64,000 nucleotides of DNA from an uncultured Gammaproteobacteria bacterium (GTDB lineage Bacteria; Patescibacteriota; Patescibacteriia; Patescibacteriales; UBA12465): contig CAZPKN010000002.1 of assembly GCA_964587195.1 (NCBI GenBank), positions 772-64,771 on the forward strand. The letters are read 5' to 3'. Shown piece by piece: positions 37,103-47,319 of the stretch (position 1 is its first letter; each line of letters begins with the position of its first letter). Made by a program: the position numbers and the translations under genes. Under the pieces are notes generated by a model that searched no databases, was not told the origin of the DNA, and saw nothing but the letters and a program-made list of their open reading frames with translations.

Positions 37103-39961
37103 ATGCCAATTCCTCAATTAAAACCCCGCCGAAGCGTCTCCTGGAAGGAAAATCACTCCTCCCTCAAGAAAACAGCCTCGCCTAATTATTCCCGAAAAAA
37201 AGCTAAAAAACAACTAAAAACAACTTTAGTAAAAATCGCTCTATACCTAGTGGCCTTTTTTGCTTTAATCACCCTAATTACCATGTTATGGCTTTCTCGA
37301 GACCTGCCAAACCCTAATCAGTTAATGGAAAGAGAGGTCGCTCAAAGTACTAAAATTTACGACCGAACAGGGGAAAACATTATTTATGAAATTAGTGGTG
37401 AACAGCGACGCACTCTAATTAAATTAGAAGATCTGCCAGACTATGTGAAGAATGCTACTATTGCCATTGAGGATAAGAATTTTTATAAGCATGGCGGCTT
37501 CAGTATTTGGGCAATGTTTAGAACAGCGATCACTAATGTAATTTATAGACGCAGCGCCGGCGGCTCAACTCTTACCCAACAATTTATTAAAAATGCCGTC
37601 TTAACTAATGAGAAAAAAATTAGCCGTAAATTAAAAGAACTGATTCTTGCCTATCGTCTAGAACAAAAATTTTCCAAAGATGAAATACTACAGATGTACC
37701 TTAATGAAATCCCTTATGGTTCTAACGCTTATGGAGTAGAAGCAGCCAGTCAAAAATATTTCGGCAAAAGTAGCCGTGACCTAACAATTGCTGAAGCCGC
37801 CACCTTAGCCGCTCTAACTCAATCACCTAGTCGTTACTCTCCATATGGACCGAATAAAGATATTCTCTTAGGAAGAAAAGATTATGTCTTAGACTTAATG
37901 ACTGAACAAGGATATATTTCTGAAGAAGAACGAGACGCAGCTAAAGAAGAAGAGTTGTCTTTTAAAGGACGTGACAATAATATGATTGCTCCTCACTTCG
38001 TCATGTATATTAAGGGACTCCTTTCAGAAAAATATGGAGAGAAAACCGTCGAACAAGGCGGATTAAAAATTTATACAACCCTTGATCTTTATAAGCAACA
38101 AATTGCCGAAGAAATAATTACTGAAAAAACTAAAGACTATCCCCAAAAATACAATGCGAGCAATGCTGCTTTAATTTCTATTGATCCAAAAACTGGAGAA
38201 GTTTTAGCGATGGTGGGTTCGCGTGATTATTTTGACGATTCTATAGACGGGCAAGTTAACGTAACCATTCGTCCTCGCCAACCAGGATCATCAATGAAAC
38301 CGATTGTCTACGCGGCCTTATTTGAAAAAGGCTACACTCCAAATACCTTGCTTTACGACGTAATAACTAATTTTTCAACCAACCCAGCTGATCCATACAC
38401 CCCAAAAAATTATGATGGATCTGAGCGCGGCCCAGTTACTATTCGGCAAGCTCTCGCTGGATCTTTAAATATCCCCGCTGTTAAAGCTATTTATTTAGCT
38501 GATATTAATAATGTCCTTGATTTGGCTGATAATATGGGTTACACGACTTTAACTCAACGTAATCGTTTTGGACTCGCTTTAGTTTTAGGCGGTGGTGAAG
38601 TTAAAATGATAGAACATGTTAATGCTTACAGCGCCTTCGCTCGCGATGGACAAGTTAACTCAATAATTAGCATTCTCAAAGTTGAAGATAAAGATGGAAA
38701 AACTTTAGAGGAAAACAAGCCAGTTGAGAAGAAGGTTTTAAGCTCACAGGTCGCCCGAATGATTAATAGCGTCCTGAGCGACAATGAAGCCCGCTCTTAC
38801 GTCTTTGGTGCTAAAAACTATCTAACCCTCGGTAATCGACCGGTAGCGGCTAAAACAGGAACTACTAATAACTTCCATGACGCCTGGACGATTGGCTACA
38901 CCCCCTCACTAGTAACCGGGGTCTGGGTTGGAAATAGCAATAATAAGCCGATGACTGGAAAAGCTGATGGTAGCGTCGTAGCCGCTCCAATTTGGCAAGA
39001 ATTCATGTCTAAGGTTCTTGGGGATACACCAGTAGAATCGTTTAAGGAACCTGATGATTATACAACCGGCAAGGCGGTTTTAGATGGAGAGTTAGACTAT
39101 ACTAATATCCAAATTGATAAAGAAACGGGACTATTGGCTTCTCCGGAAACACCTTTAGAAAATTTAGAAGATGTTTCTATTCCTAGACACCACAGCATAC
39201 TTTTTCACGTTAATAAAGATGATCCTCGCGGAGAAAAACCATCTAATCCAGAAAATGACCCTCAATTTTCTATCTGGGAAGAAGCTATAAAAAAATGGGC
39301 AGAAAAAAATTCCACCTCATCAATTTCTCTACCAGATGGCTACGACGAGAGAAATAATGAAGATAATAAACCAACCATTAAAATAATTAGCCCGGCTAAT
39401 AACAGCATTGTTGATAGCACCTTATTAGAAATATCTCTAGAATCAGAGGCCAAGCGCGGAATTTCGCGGACAGATTATTATTTAAATAATGTTCTATGGC
39501 AAACAAAAACTGGCGAGAACAAATTATTAACCACTTATCTCCCCCCGCTTAATAATGGCTACCAAAAACTTAAAGTCCGAGTTTGCGATGATGTTCAAAA
39601 CTGTTCTATTCATGAAGTTAATTTTAATCTACTCATTAAGGACAACCCCGTTTCAAACAGTAAAAACTATCTATCACTAGTCTCCCCACATTCCGGAATT
39701 GCTGTTAACCAGCAAGACTTCCCCCTAACAATTACTTTTAGTTTACCTGCTCCCGGTCGAGCCGCCCAAATAAAATTATTTCAAAAAAATTCATCAGGAG
39801 AAATAAAACAATTAACTAGCCTAAGTAATAATATTAATTTTCAAAATTCTCTAGAATGGGTTAACCCTGGGGCAACAGGAACTTACCAAATTTTTGGTGA
39901 GTTGTATGACTGGAACGGTGATGTTATAAAAAGTGAAGAAATAAGCGCTATTGTAAACTAA
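37103..39961 (+). CDS. class A penicillin-binding protein (PBP1A type) with a long C-terminal extension
   Basis: GT51 motifs EDKNFYKHGGF and GGSTLTQQ. Transpeptidase motifs SSMKP (SxxK) and KTGTT. About 250 extra C-terminal residues. Confidence 0.9.
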   Translation: MPIPQLKPRRSVSWKENHSSLKKTASPNYSRKKAKKQLKTTLVKIALYLVAFFALITLITMLWLSRDLPNPNQLMEREVAQSTKIYDRTGENIIYEISGEQRRTLIKLEDLPDYVKNATIAIEDKNFYKHGGFSIWAMFRTAITNVIYRRSAGGSTLTQQFIKNAVLTNEKKISRKLKELILAYRLEQKFSKDEILQMYLNEIPYGSNAYGVEAASQKYFGKSSRDLTIAEAATLAALTQSPSRYSPYGPNKDILLGRKDYVLDLMTEQGYISEEERDAAKEEELSFKGRDNNMIAPHFVMYIKGLLSEKYGEKTVEQGGLKIYTTLDLYKQQIAEEIITEKTKDYPQKYNASNAALISIDPKTGEVLAMVGSRDYFDDSIDGQVNVTIRPRQPGSSMKPIVYAALFEKGYTPNTLLYDVITNFSTNPADPYTPKNYDGSERGPVTIRQALAGSLNIPAVKAIYLADINNVLDLADNMGYTTLTQRNRFGLALVLGGGEVKMIEHVNAYSAFARDGQVNSIISILKVEDKDGKTLEENKPVEKKVLSSQVARMINSVLSDNEARSYVFGAKNYLTLGNRPVAAKTGTTNNFHDAWTIGYTPSLVTGVWVGNSNNKPMTGKADGSVVAAPIWQEFMSKVLGDTPVESFKEPDDYTTGKAVLDGELDYTNIQIDKETGLLASPETPLENLEDVSIPRHHSILFHVNKDDPRGEKPSNPENDPQFSIWEEAIKKWAEKNSTSSISLPDGYDERNNEDNKPTIKIISPANNSIVDSTLLEISLESEAKRGISRTDYYLNNVLWQTKTGENKLLTTYLPPLNNGYQKLKVRVCDDVQNCSIHEVNFNLLIKDNPVSNSKNYLSLVSPHSGIAVNQQDFPLTITFSLPAPGRAAQIKLFQKNSSGEIKQLTSLSNNINFQNSLEWVNPGATGTYQIFGELYDWNGDVIKSEEISAIVN

Positions 39962-40037
39962 TAGTTATCATTTATGCTTTAAAACACAAAACCCTTCAAG
40001 TTGGAGGGTTTTGTTATTAGGTAGTCTTGCTCTAAAA

Positions 40038-41165
40038 CTATTGTCTAATCGGCATAACTATATAAAGATAACTATCATCTTTTTCTGGTCTAACCACACA
40101 AGGGGTCATATTATTTAAAACACTAAGGCGGACAAAGCTTCCCTCTATATTATTTAAACCATCAAGCAAATAACGATAATTAATAGTAACTTCATTATCA
40201 TCACCATTAACCTCGCATTCTAATTCAACTTGGCTCTCCCCGCTAGTCCCGGAAAATGACGAAACTAATAGTTTAGACTTAGAAAAGATAAGAGTAATAT
40301 CATTTATTCCCGCCTTAGAGAATAAAGCGGCCGCCTTAACCGCTCTAATCAACTCACCTCTTTCCACTAAAATATTAGTTTGGCTTTTACTAGGAATAAT
40401 CTGCTTATAATCAGGGTAGTGTCCGTTTATCAGACGAGAAATTAATTCAACAGAATCAAAAGTGAATAGTATTTGATTATCTGACAAATAAAAATTTATT
40501 TCCGCCGCTTGCCCATCAATCTCATCTTCAAAATTATTCAGAATTCTAAGTAATTCTTGAATGGTTTTAGCGGGAACAATAATTTTTTGTTCCTCATCCT
40601 TAAAACCATTTCTTTTTACCTTAATTTCCTTCTCCGCTAATCTGTAACTATCCGTTGCCGCTAAAAATAGTTGTTCACCAATAAAAGAAAACAATACTCC
40701 AGTTAGCTCAGCCCTGTTTTCACTACTAGAAACAGCAAACACTACACTATTTAAAGATTTTCTAAGCTCTTTAAGATTACAGGAAAAATAATTATCACGA
40801 GAAATACTAGGAATAAGGGGGTAGTCCTTAGCCGACTCCCCTTTTATTTTTGTTTTATAATTTCCACACTCAATACTAAGATCATCACCCTTTAAATCAA
40901 CTTTAACCTTTTCTCCACTACTTAATAATCCAATATATTCATTTATTAACTTAGAATCGACCGTAAACTCTCCCTCTTCCTCAACCTTACCCCTTATTTG
41001 ATGGTTTATACCTATTTCTAAGTTTGTGCTAATAAACTCTATCGTCGAAGACTTAGCTTTTATTAGGATATTATTTAGGATTGGTAAATTAATATTTTTA
41101 GAACTAACGTGTCCAGTGATGTTTAATCCTCTTTTCAAGTTTTCCTGCAGACTAATGAATTTCAT
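40038..41165 (-). CDS. dnaN: DNA polymerase III beta sliding clamp
   Basis: 375 aa, three-domain clamp length, located immediately downstream of dnaA. Confidence 0.85.
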   Translation of the reverse strand: MKFISLQENLKRGLNITGHVSSKNINLPILNNILIKAKSSTIEFISTNLEIGINHQIRGKVEEEGEFTVDSKLINEYIGLLSSGEKVKVDLKGDDLSIECGNYKTKIKGESAKDYPLIPSISRDNYFSCNLKELRKSLNSVVFAVSSSENRAELTGVLFSFIGEQLFLAATDSYRLAEKEIKVKRNGFKDEEQKIIVPAKTIQELLRILNNFEDEIDGQAAEINFYLSDNQILFTFDSVELISRLINGHYPDYKQIIPSKSQTNILVERGELIRAVKAAALFSKAGINDITLIFSKSKLLVSSFSGTSGESQVELECEVNGDDNEVTINYRYLLDGLNNIEGSFVRLSVLNNMTPCVVRPEKDDSYLYIVMPIRQ

Positions 41166-41218
41166 ATAGCTATTTTATTATATATTTATATATAAATAAT
41201 TAATAACAATAATAAGGG

Positions 41219-41227
41219 GGGTGGATA
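41219..41227. promoter_or_regulatory. DnaA box, 8/9 match (reverse complement TTATCCACC)
   Basis: ggtggataa read in the dnaA-dnaN spacer. Confidence 0.6.
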
Positions 41228-41416
41228 ACTACTATTTTATTGATATTTTTTAGTATTTACTGGGGTAAATAAGGGTTTCTCTGTTGAAAAAATTAGGGAT
41301 ACAAAAGGGAATAAATTTAATAACTTGTTGTTAACTTTATAATTATTTATTTTATTAACAAATCATTAAAAGTTTTACTTAGGATATTAACAATTTTATT
41401 AACAGTATTTGGCGGG

Positions 41417-41425
41417 CTTATCCAC
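41417..41425. promoter_or_regulatory. DnaA box, perfect TTATCCACA
   Basis: Read directly. It lies at the edge of the AT-rich dnaA-dnaN spacer. Confidence 0.75.
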
Positions 41426-41428
41426 AAA

Positions 41429-42838
41429 TTAATAAGAGCGGTTAAAAAGTTGGCGGATTGATTCAAGGTCTTGTTTCATTCTTTCGTTACCCTTTTCTTT
41501 TATCTCTTGATAAATTTTATTGTAGGCATGCATGGCGGTTGTGTGATCGCGGCCACCTAACTCATTTCCGATACTGGGGTAGGATGCATTTAATTCTTCT
41601 CTAATTAAATAAATAGCGATTTGTCTTGGTCCGACTAACTCTTTTTTGCGGCTTTCGCTGATTAATTCCTTAGAGCTGATATTGTAAAACTTAGCGACCG
41701 CTTCGATAATTTCTTTTGGTGTTAGGGATTTTGCTTGGATACTCGAAATATAATCCCCTAACACATCTTTAATGGTTTTTAAATTCGGCTCTATTTCTTT
41801 AAATTGGTGGAAGGCGATTACTTTAATAAGAGCCCCCTCTAGTTCTCTGATATTATTTTGAACGTGTTCGGCAATATAAGCTAATAATTCACGCTCTAAA
41901 TGAAAGTTCTTTTCATTAGCTTTTTTTTCTAAAATAGCAATTTTTGTTTCAATATCTGGTTTTCCGACATCAGCAACCATACCGGCCTCAAAGCGAGAGA
42001 CTAAACGCTTTTCGATGGCGGGAATTGATTTAGGCGCACGATCAGAGGTTAAGACTATTTGCTTATCGTTTTGGAGGAGTTCGTTGAAAGTATGAAAGAA
42101 TTCTTCTTGTGTTCCATCTTTACCGCCCATAAACTGAACATCATCTACTAATAATAGATCAACGTTGCGATAGAGATTTTTAAACTCCTTGGCTTTTCCA
42201 GTAGTTACGGCCTGAATGTAATTATTAGTGAATTTTTCACTAGTTGTATATAAGATTTTACCGTTTGTTTTAGCCACTTCATTACCAATCGCTTGTAAGA
42301 GATGGGTTTTACCTAAACCAACGCCACCATAAATAAAGAGGGGGTTATAAGCCCGTCCTAAATTATTAACAACTGCTAGACAAGCAGCGTGAGCTAGTTC
42401 GTTTCCCTTTCCAACAATAAAACTCTCAAAAACGTAACGAGGATTTAAACCATGTTTTCCGGGCGCAGCTGAATTATTATTATTTACTAGAGGTGAGGTT
42501 TTTGGTAAGACCGGCTTTTCTTCAATAGAAACACTATCATTAGCTGTTTCAGTCGGAGTATTAATTTGAAAAGTAGCCTGTGGTCCTTTCTTTAACTCTA
42601 TTTTATAAATTATTTCCTGAATTTTTTGTTTACTAACATTTTCTAAGGCGCTTAAAATATTTTTATGATATTTTTCCTCTAGCCATTTTTTAACAAACGC
42701 GTTCGGCACACAAATAACTACTCGTTCGTTTTCAAAAGAGGAAATAAAAGTATCCTTAAACCAGGTAATAAAGTTAGCCCGTGATAAGTTGAGTTCTATT
42801 TCTCCTAAAACAGCCTGCCAAACTTGTTCGTTATTCAT
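41429..42838 (-). CDS. dnaA: chromosomal replication initiator DnaA
   Basis: Walker A GGVGLGKTHL, DDVQFMGGK, and C-terminal DNA-binding RDHTTAMHAY. The start is moved to the ATG at 42838. Confidence 0.95.
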   Translation of the reverse strand: MNNEQVWQAVLGEIELNLSRANFITWFKDTFISSFENERVVICVPNAFVKKWLEEKYHKNILSALENVSKQKIQEIIYKIELKKGPQATFQINTPTETANDSVSIEEKPVLPKTSPLVNNNNSAAPGKHGLNPRYVFESFIVGKGNELAHAACLAVVNNLGRAYNPLFIYGGVGLGKTHLLQAIGNEVAKTNGKILYTTSEKFTNNYIQAVTTGKAKEFKNLYRNVDLLLVDDVQFMGGKDGTQEEFFHTFNELLQNDKQIVLTSDRAPKSIPAIEKRLVSRFEAGMVADVGKPDIETKIAILEKKANEKNFHLERELLAYIAEHVQNNIRELEGALIKVIAFHQFKEIEPNLKTIKDVLGDYISSIQAKSLTPKEIIEAVAKFYNISSKELISESRKKELVGPRQIAIYLIREELNASYPSIGNELGGRDHTTAMHAYNKIYQEIKEKGNERMKQDLESIRQLFNRSY

Positions 42839-42960
42839 AAGCAAGGGATTAATTTAAACAAAAAACCACATAAATTAAAAGCAGTTTTGCAATATTTCTA
42901 TTATATTAAATATAGTACTTATTAACAAGCCGAAGCATTGTTAAAAATATGTTAATAAAT

Positions 42961-42969
42961 AGTGGATAA
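42961..42969. promoter_or_regulatory. DnaA box, 8/9 match (reverse complement TTATCCACT)
   Basis: agtggataa between dnaA and rpmH. Confidence 0.6.
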
Positions 42970-43059
42970 TTATATTAGAGAGCTTTTTATTTAAATTGAC
43001 TTTAATAAATAAAGGTGTTATCCTTTCTAGCAGAATAGTAAATTAAAGAATATTTAGTT

Positions 43060-43197
43060 ATGCCCCAAAGAACTTATCAGCCAAGCAAGCGCCGGGCTAG
43101 TAAAAAACACGGATTTCTAAAGAGAATGTCAACCGCTACCGGTCGGGCCGTTCTTAAGAAACGCCGCGATAAAGGCCGTAAAACCCTATCCAAATAG
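43060..43197 (+). CDS. rpmH: 50S ribosomal protein L34
   Basis: Hand translation gives [45 protein letters not shown]. It is too short to appear in the ORF track. Confidence 0.9.
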   Translation: MPQRTYQPSKRRASKKHGFLKRMSTATGRAVLKKRRDKGRKTLSK

Positions 43198-43210
43198 TAA
43201 GCGAGTTTGC

Positions 43211-43552
43211 ATGTTAGATAAAAAAAATCGAATACGCCTTAATAAAGAGTTTGACCAGATTTTTAAAACTGGCCAATCTTTTTATGGTAAAGCTTTTGGC
43301 GTTAAGGTTATTAAGACCTCTAATGAAAAAACCCGCCTAGGACTGCTTGTTGGTACTAAAATTAGCAAAAAAGCTGTCGTTAGGAACAAAATAAAAAGAC
43401 AAATCAGAGAAATAGTCCGCGCAGAACTACCTTTGTTAAGGGGGTCGCATGATCTAGCAGTGATTGCCCTGCCTCTGTCGGCCGAAAGCGACTTTTCTTT
43501 TTTAAAGTCTGACTTACAGGCCGCTTTTAAAAAGCTAAGATTATATAGATAA
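43211..43552 (+). CDS. rnpA: ribonuclease P protein component
   Basis: Basic protein with an RNR-type motif [15 protein letters not shown]. It follows rpmH. Confidence 0.85.
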   Translation: MLDKKNRIRLNKEFDQIFKTGQSFYGKAFGVKVIKTSNEKTRLGLLVGTKISKKAVVRNKIKRQIREIVRAELPLLRGSHDLAVIALPLSAESDFSFLKSDLQAAFKKLRLYR

Positions 43553-43553
43553 T

Positions 43554-43820
43554 ATGAATAGGTTTGGTACATTTTTATTTAATATTCCTAAAAAAGTTGT
43601 TATATTAATTATAAAATTTTACCAAAAAACCCTATCTTTTGATCACGGTCCGCTTAAAAATATCTATCCCCATGGCTTTTGTCGTTTTTATCCAAGTTGT
43701 TCGGAATATGGGATTCAAGCCTTTGAGAAATATGGAGTTATTAAGGGAGGAATTTTAACTATTTGGAGAATTTTGAGGTGTAATCCTTGGAATAAAGGGG
43801 GAAATGATCCATTAAAATAA
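43554..43820 (+). CDS. yidD: membrane protein insertion efficiency factor YidD
   Basis: [11 protein letters not shown] motif. Confidence 0.85.
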   Translation: MNRFGTFLFNIPKKVVILIIKFYQKTLSFDHGPLKNIYPHGFCRFYPSCSEYGIQAFEKYGVIKGGILTIWRILRCNPWNKGGNDPLK

Positions 43821-43842
43821 GTTTAATATAAGTTAAATATAT

Positions 43843-44592
43843 ATGGGCAATTTTTTTACAGCCATTTTTTATCAGCCGATTCTTAACCTTTTGGTTTTCT
43901 TATATAATACGGTTTCTTTTCAGGATTTAGGAGTCGCTATTATTCTCTTAACGGTTATTATTAAGGCGATTCTCTGGCCTTTTGGTAAACAATCAATTAA
44001 ATCTCAAAAAGCCCTTCAAGAGCTCCAGCCGAAACTTGATGAATTGAAGAAACAATACGGCGACGACAAGGTCGGTTTAAGTCGGGCGACCATGGATTTA
44101 TATAAAGAAAGTAAGATCAATCCCCTTTCTTCTTGTTTTCCTCTTTTAATTCAACTCCCGTTTCTATTTGCAGTTTATCGAGTATTTAGAGATGGACTAA
44201 ATAATAAGTTAGATTTAGTTTATTCCTTCATCCATAAGCCGGAAGTTATCCAAGGAATGTTTTTAGGATTCTTAGATCTTAATAAGCCAAATATTTATTT
44301 AGCAGTTTTAGCCGGTCTAGCTCAGTTTTGGCAGGCAAAAATGATGTCGACTAAAAAACCGGTTATAAAAACAGACGGTTCAAAGGACGAAAGTATGACG
44401 GCTATTATGAATAAGCAGATGTTATACTTTATGCCGGCGATTACTGTTTTTATTGGAGCCTCTTTGCCGGGCGGCTTAACTCTTTATTGGTTTATAATTA
44501 CGCTTTTAACTGCTCTGCAACAAGTACTTATTTTTAAGAATATTGATAAAAACAAGAAAGAAGTAAAGACTGTTGAAGGAGAAATTATTTAA
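43843..44592 (+). CDS. yidC: membrane protein insertase YidC (short form)
   Basis: Conserved C-terminal TM region LPGGLTLYWFIITLLTALQQ. Confidence 0.85.
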   Translation: MGNFFTAIFYQPILNLLVFLYNTVSFQDLGVAIILLTVIIKAILWPFGKQSIKSQKALQELQPKLDELKKQYGDDKVGLSRATMDLYKESKINPLSSCFPLLIQLPFLFAVYRVFRDGLNNKLDLVYSFIHKPEVIQGMFLGFLDLNKPNIYLAVLAGLAQFWQAKMMSTKKPVIKTDGSKDESMTAIMNKQMLYFMPAITVFIGASLPGGLTLYWFIITLLTALQQVLIFKNIDKNKKEVKTVEGEII

Positions 44593-44611
44593 ATATTTAA
44601 ACAGGTATTAT

Positions 44612-44641
44612 AAAACGCCTCCGATTTTTCGGAGGCGTTTT
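44612..44641. terminator. bidirectional terminator
   Basis: 13-bp stem aaaacgcctccga/tcggaggcgtttt. Confidence 0.85.
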
Positions 44642-44659
44642 AATTTTAGAAGATAATAT

Positions 44660-46576
44660 TTATTGAGAGGAATCGGTAGTTGAGGACGTATTATTCGACG
44701 GATTTTCCACTACAGTTTCGTTAGTAGGCGCTTCGTTTGAAGTAGATTCTGCAATAGGCTTAAGTGTTTCTTCTGGCAAGGCTTTACCGATTAAACAAAC
44801 TTCGCGCCAAGGGACATAATGCGAGTTAAATCTTTTTTCGACAACTGGGGTTGTAGTTGAATTTTCTGGATAGGTAACTTTATAATCGAAATAAGCATCA
44901 GCGCCGTTATGGGCTTTTTCAGTACACTTTTTTTCTCCTGGAGCGAGCTCATCAGTTTCTACGTATTTAGTCGGAGCGGGTTTTACAATATTATAAATAA
45001 CCGGTTCGCCAACCTCGACTGTTCGCCCATCTTTTTTACCCCAGAAATCAAAATAAATATCATCCTTAGTAAGGCGAGCTTGGATTAAGATGTAATTAGG
45101 AGTGTCATTAATAAAGCGAACATCAGGGTTAGGAATATAAACAGCCGCGTCCGTTCCGGCCGGCTCATAGTAAGAGACCCGATAAGAATGGTTTCGCCTA
45201 GCGGTAATCGGTAAACCGGATTGAATAGCGGAGCGGAATATAGTAGTCGCAATTTGGCAGAGGCCGCCACCATATTCAGGAATTGTTTTATTGTCTTTAA
45301 TAACTAACTCTGGAAAATATCCGGTCTCGGCGCTAACATCGCCTAAAACTTTAACTAACGAGAACTCTTCTCCAGGGGCTAATAAGACACCATTAACAGC
45401 GTCTGCTCCGACCTGGATATTTTTACGGCGATTAGTGGGCGACCCAGCAAAATTAGAGTGGCCAATGCCAATAATCTCTTGAATATTATAAGTTTCTTCG
45501 CCGCTTGGGTCTTCACTCACTACCTCTTCAATAGCGAGCACAACATCCTTCTGTTCTGACAAGAAGGCGCTGCTAATTAGATTAGTAGAAGAGGCGATGT
45601 CGAGCTTTTGCCCGCTTATGCCCTTTTGCCAGGCGCTCACTTTACCATTTTTCATTTCAAAGCGTGGCCTAGTTGCTTCAATATTAACCTCCGGAGCGAT
45701 AGTGTTTTCTAGATAATCAATAATTTTTGTTTCATCGAAAGCTAAAGCTAAATTTCGTCCAGAGCCAGACACGGACAACCAAGTAGCTATTTTTTCTGGG
45801 CCAATTGTCCAGAGCTTAGAAGTTGTTTCTGAATTTATTTTTTTATAACGCAATTTTAAAGCTTGACCATTTATTAAGCGGCGAGCCTCTTCCTCAAAAT
45901 CTTGTAAATCGGCGCTCTTTATTTCCGGGTATTTGGATTGAGTTTTTAGAGCGATGGGGTTGTTCTCTAGATATTTTAAGTTGTCATCTAGCCCTTCTAG
46001 AACTAGGCGGTAATTTATTTCTTTGCCAACTTTCTCCGGGCTAATGTTAAGTTTTTCGGCACCTTTTTCAAAAGTGAAAAAAGCATTAGCCGGGGCAATA
46101 ACTAGTTCAGAGAAGGCGGTATTAATAATTTCTTTAAGACGTTCATCTTCTAAGTCGTAGATGATGGTAAAATTTTTATTATTTTCTCCGGATAATTTAT
46201 AAAGCAGATAAAGGAAATAGTTGTTATTTCCAGTTTCGGAAATAATTTTTTGGATTGTTTCTTCGGTATTAAAAGTTAGCAGGCGATATGACAGGTCAGG
46301 CTCAAAAGAGTCGCTAGCCAGCTCTATCGTCGCTACTCTCTCGCCATAAGAAAAAGTCAGGCCATTTTCTATTAAGTTCTCTGCTTTAGTATTAATAATA
46401 TCTCTAGCCTCAGCCGGGGTTTTTCCTGATAAGTCTAAATTACCGATGTGCACGCCAGGATAAAAACGGTTTTCATACTGTGTTTTAAAACGGTAGAAGG
46501 AAAATAAAAAAATCGCGCCTAGTAAAGCGATAACTAAGGCGATTAACAGTTTAAGTAATTTTTTGCGGTTTTTCAT
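44660..46576 (-). CDS. VanW-domain cell-wall associated protein
   Basis: N-terminal TM anchor and VanW core GGGLCQIATTIFRSAIQSG. Confidence 0.7.
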   Translation of the reverse strand: MKNRKKLLKLLIALVIALLGAIFLFSFYRFKTQYENRFYPGVHIGNLDLSGKTPAEARDIINTKAENLIENGLTFSYGERVATIELASDSFEPDLSYRLLTFNTEETIQKIISETGNNNYFLYLLYKLSGENNKNFTIIYDLEDERLKEIINTAFSELVIAPANAFFTFEKGAEKLNISPEKVGKEINYRLVLEGLDDNLKYLENNPIALKTQSKYPEIKSADLQDFEEEARRLINGQALKLRYKKINSETTSKLWTIGPEKIATWLSVSGSGRNLALAFDETKIIDYLENTIAPEVNIEATRPRFEMKNGKVSAWQKGISGQKLDIASSTNLISSAFLSEQKDVVLAIEEVVSEDPSGEETYNIQEIIGIGHSNFAGSPTNRRKNIQVGADAVNGVLLAPGEEFSLVKVLGDVSAETGYFPELVIKDNKTIPEYGGGLCQIATTIFRSAIQSGLPITARRNHSYRVSYYEPAGTDAAVYIPNPDVRFINDTPNYILIQARLTKDDIYFDFWGKKDGRTVEVGEPVIYNIVKPAPTKYVETDELAPGEKKCTEKAHNGADAYFDYKVTYPENSTTTPVVEKRFNSHYVPWREVCLIGKALPEETLKPIAESTSNEAPTNETVVENPSNNTSSTTDSSQ

Positions 46577-46588
46577 AGGTTTATCCGC

Positions 46589-47005
46589 TTAATCTTTGAC
46601 TTTAACTTCTATTTTACTAGGCAAGCTCTTGTATAGAGAAATAGTTAAAACGCCATTTTCTAAGTCGGCCTCGACTTTTTTGTTATCAACTTCGCTCGGC
46701 AATATTATGGAGCGGGAAAATGGACCCCAATAACATTCCCGGTATAAGTAATCTTCTTCGCTAACGGTTTCTTTAAGATTACGTCGCCCTTTTATGGTAA
46801 GCAGATCATTATGGAGGGATATTTTTAAATTTTCCGGCTTAACACCAGCAATCGTTGACTTAATAATTATTTTTTTATCGGTTTGGAAAACGTCAACCGC
46901 TAATTGCCCTTCAATCTCTCCGTCTTCATAATTTATCCAATCATTAATCGACGGTTCCTCGCTTTCTTTTACTAAGGAATATTTGTTTTTTTTATGAAAA
47001 ATCAT
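46589..47005 (-). CDS. Hsp20/alpha-crystallin small heat-shock protein
   Basis: Alpha-crystallin domain (LTIKGRR ... FSRSIILPSEVD ... ENGVLTISL). Confidence 0.85.
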   Translation of the reverse strand: MIFHKKNKYSLVKESEEPSINDWINYEDGEIEGQLAVDVFQTDKKIIIKSTIAGVKPENLKISLHNDLLTIKGRRNLKETVSEEDYLYRECYWGPFSRSIILPSEVDNKKVEADLENGVLTISLYKSLPSKIEVKVKD

Positions 47006-47062
47006 ATAGTTTGTTCTTTCTTCTAATTTACCAATTTTTTCACTTAATGTAAATGTCTCTAT

Positions 47063-47094
47063 AAAAAAATCCCCATTAATACTGGGGATTTTTT
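47063..47094 (-). terminator. terminator after the tRNA-Ile/tRNA-Val pair
   Basis: Stem atcccca/tggggat with flanking A- and T-runs. Confidence 0.7.
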
Positions 47095-47095
47095 G

Positions 47096-47169
<74 letters not shown>

Positions 47170-47181
47170 ATAATGTATGGG

Positions 47182-47254
47182 TGGGCATAGATGGATTTGA
47201 ACCATCGACCCCCGCTTTATAAGAGCGGTGCTCTAACCACTGAGCTATATGCCC
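47182..47254 (-). tRNA. tRNA-Ile (anticodon UAU)
   Basis: Acceptor gggcata/tatgccc, anticodon stem ccgct/agcgg, loop ctTATaa, T-loop ttcaaat. The body resembles bacterial tRNA-Ile. Confidence 0.8.
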
Positions 47255-47319
47255 ATTATAATGGGTCAAATTAAAGATTTCAAGAGGCGTGTAGCATGAC
47301 CTTGCTTTTGTTTATACCA

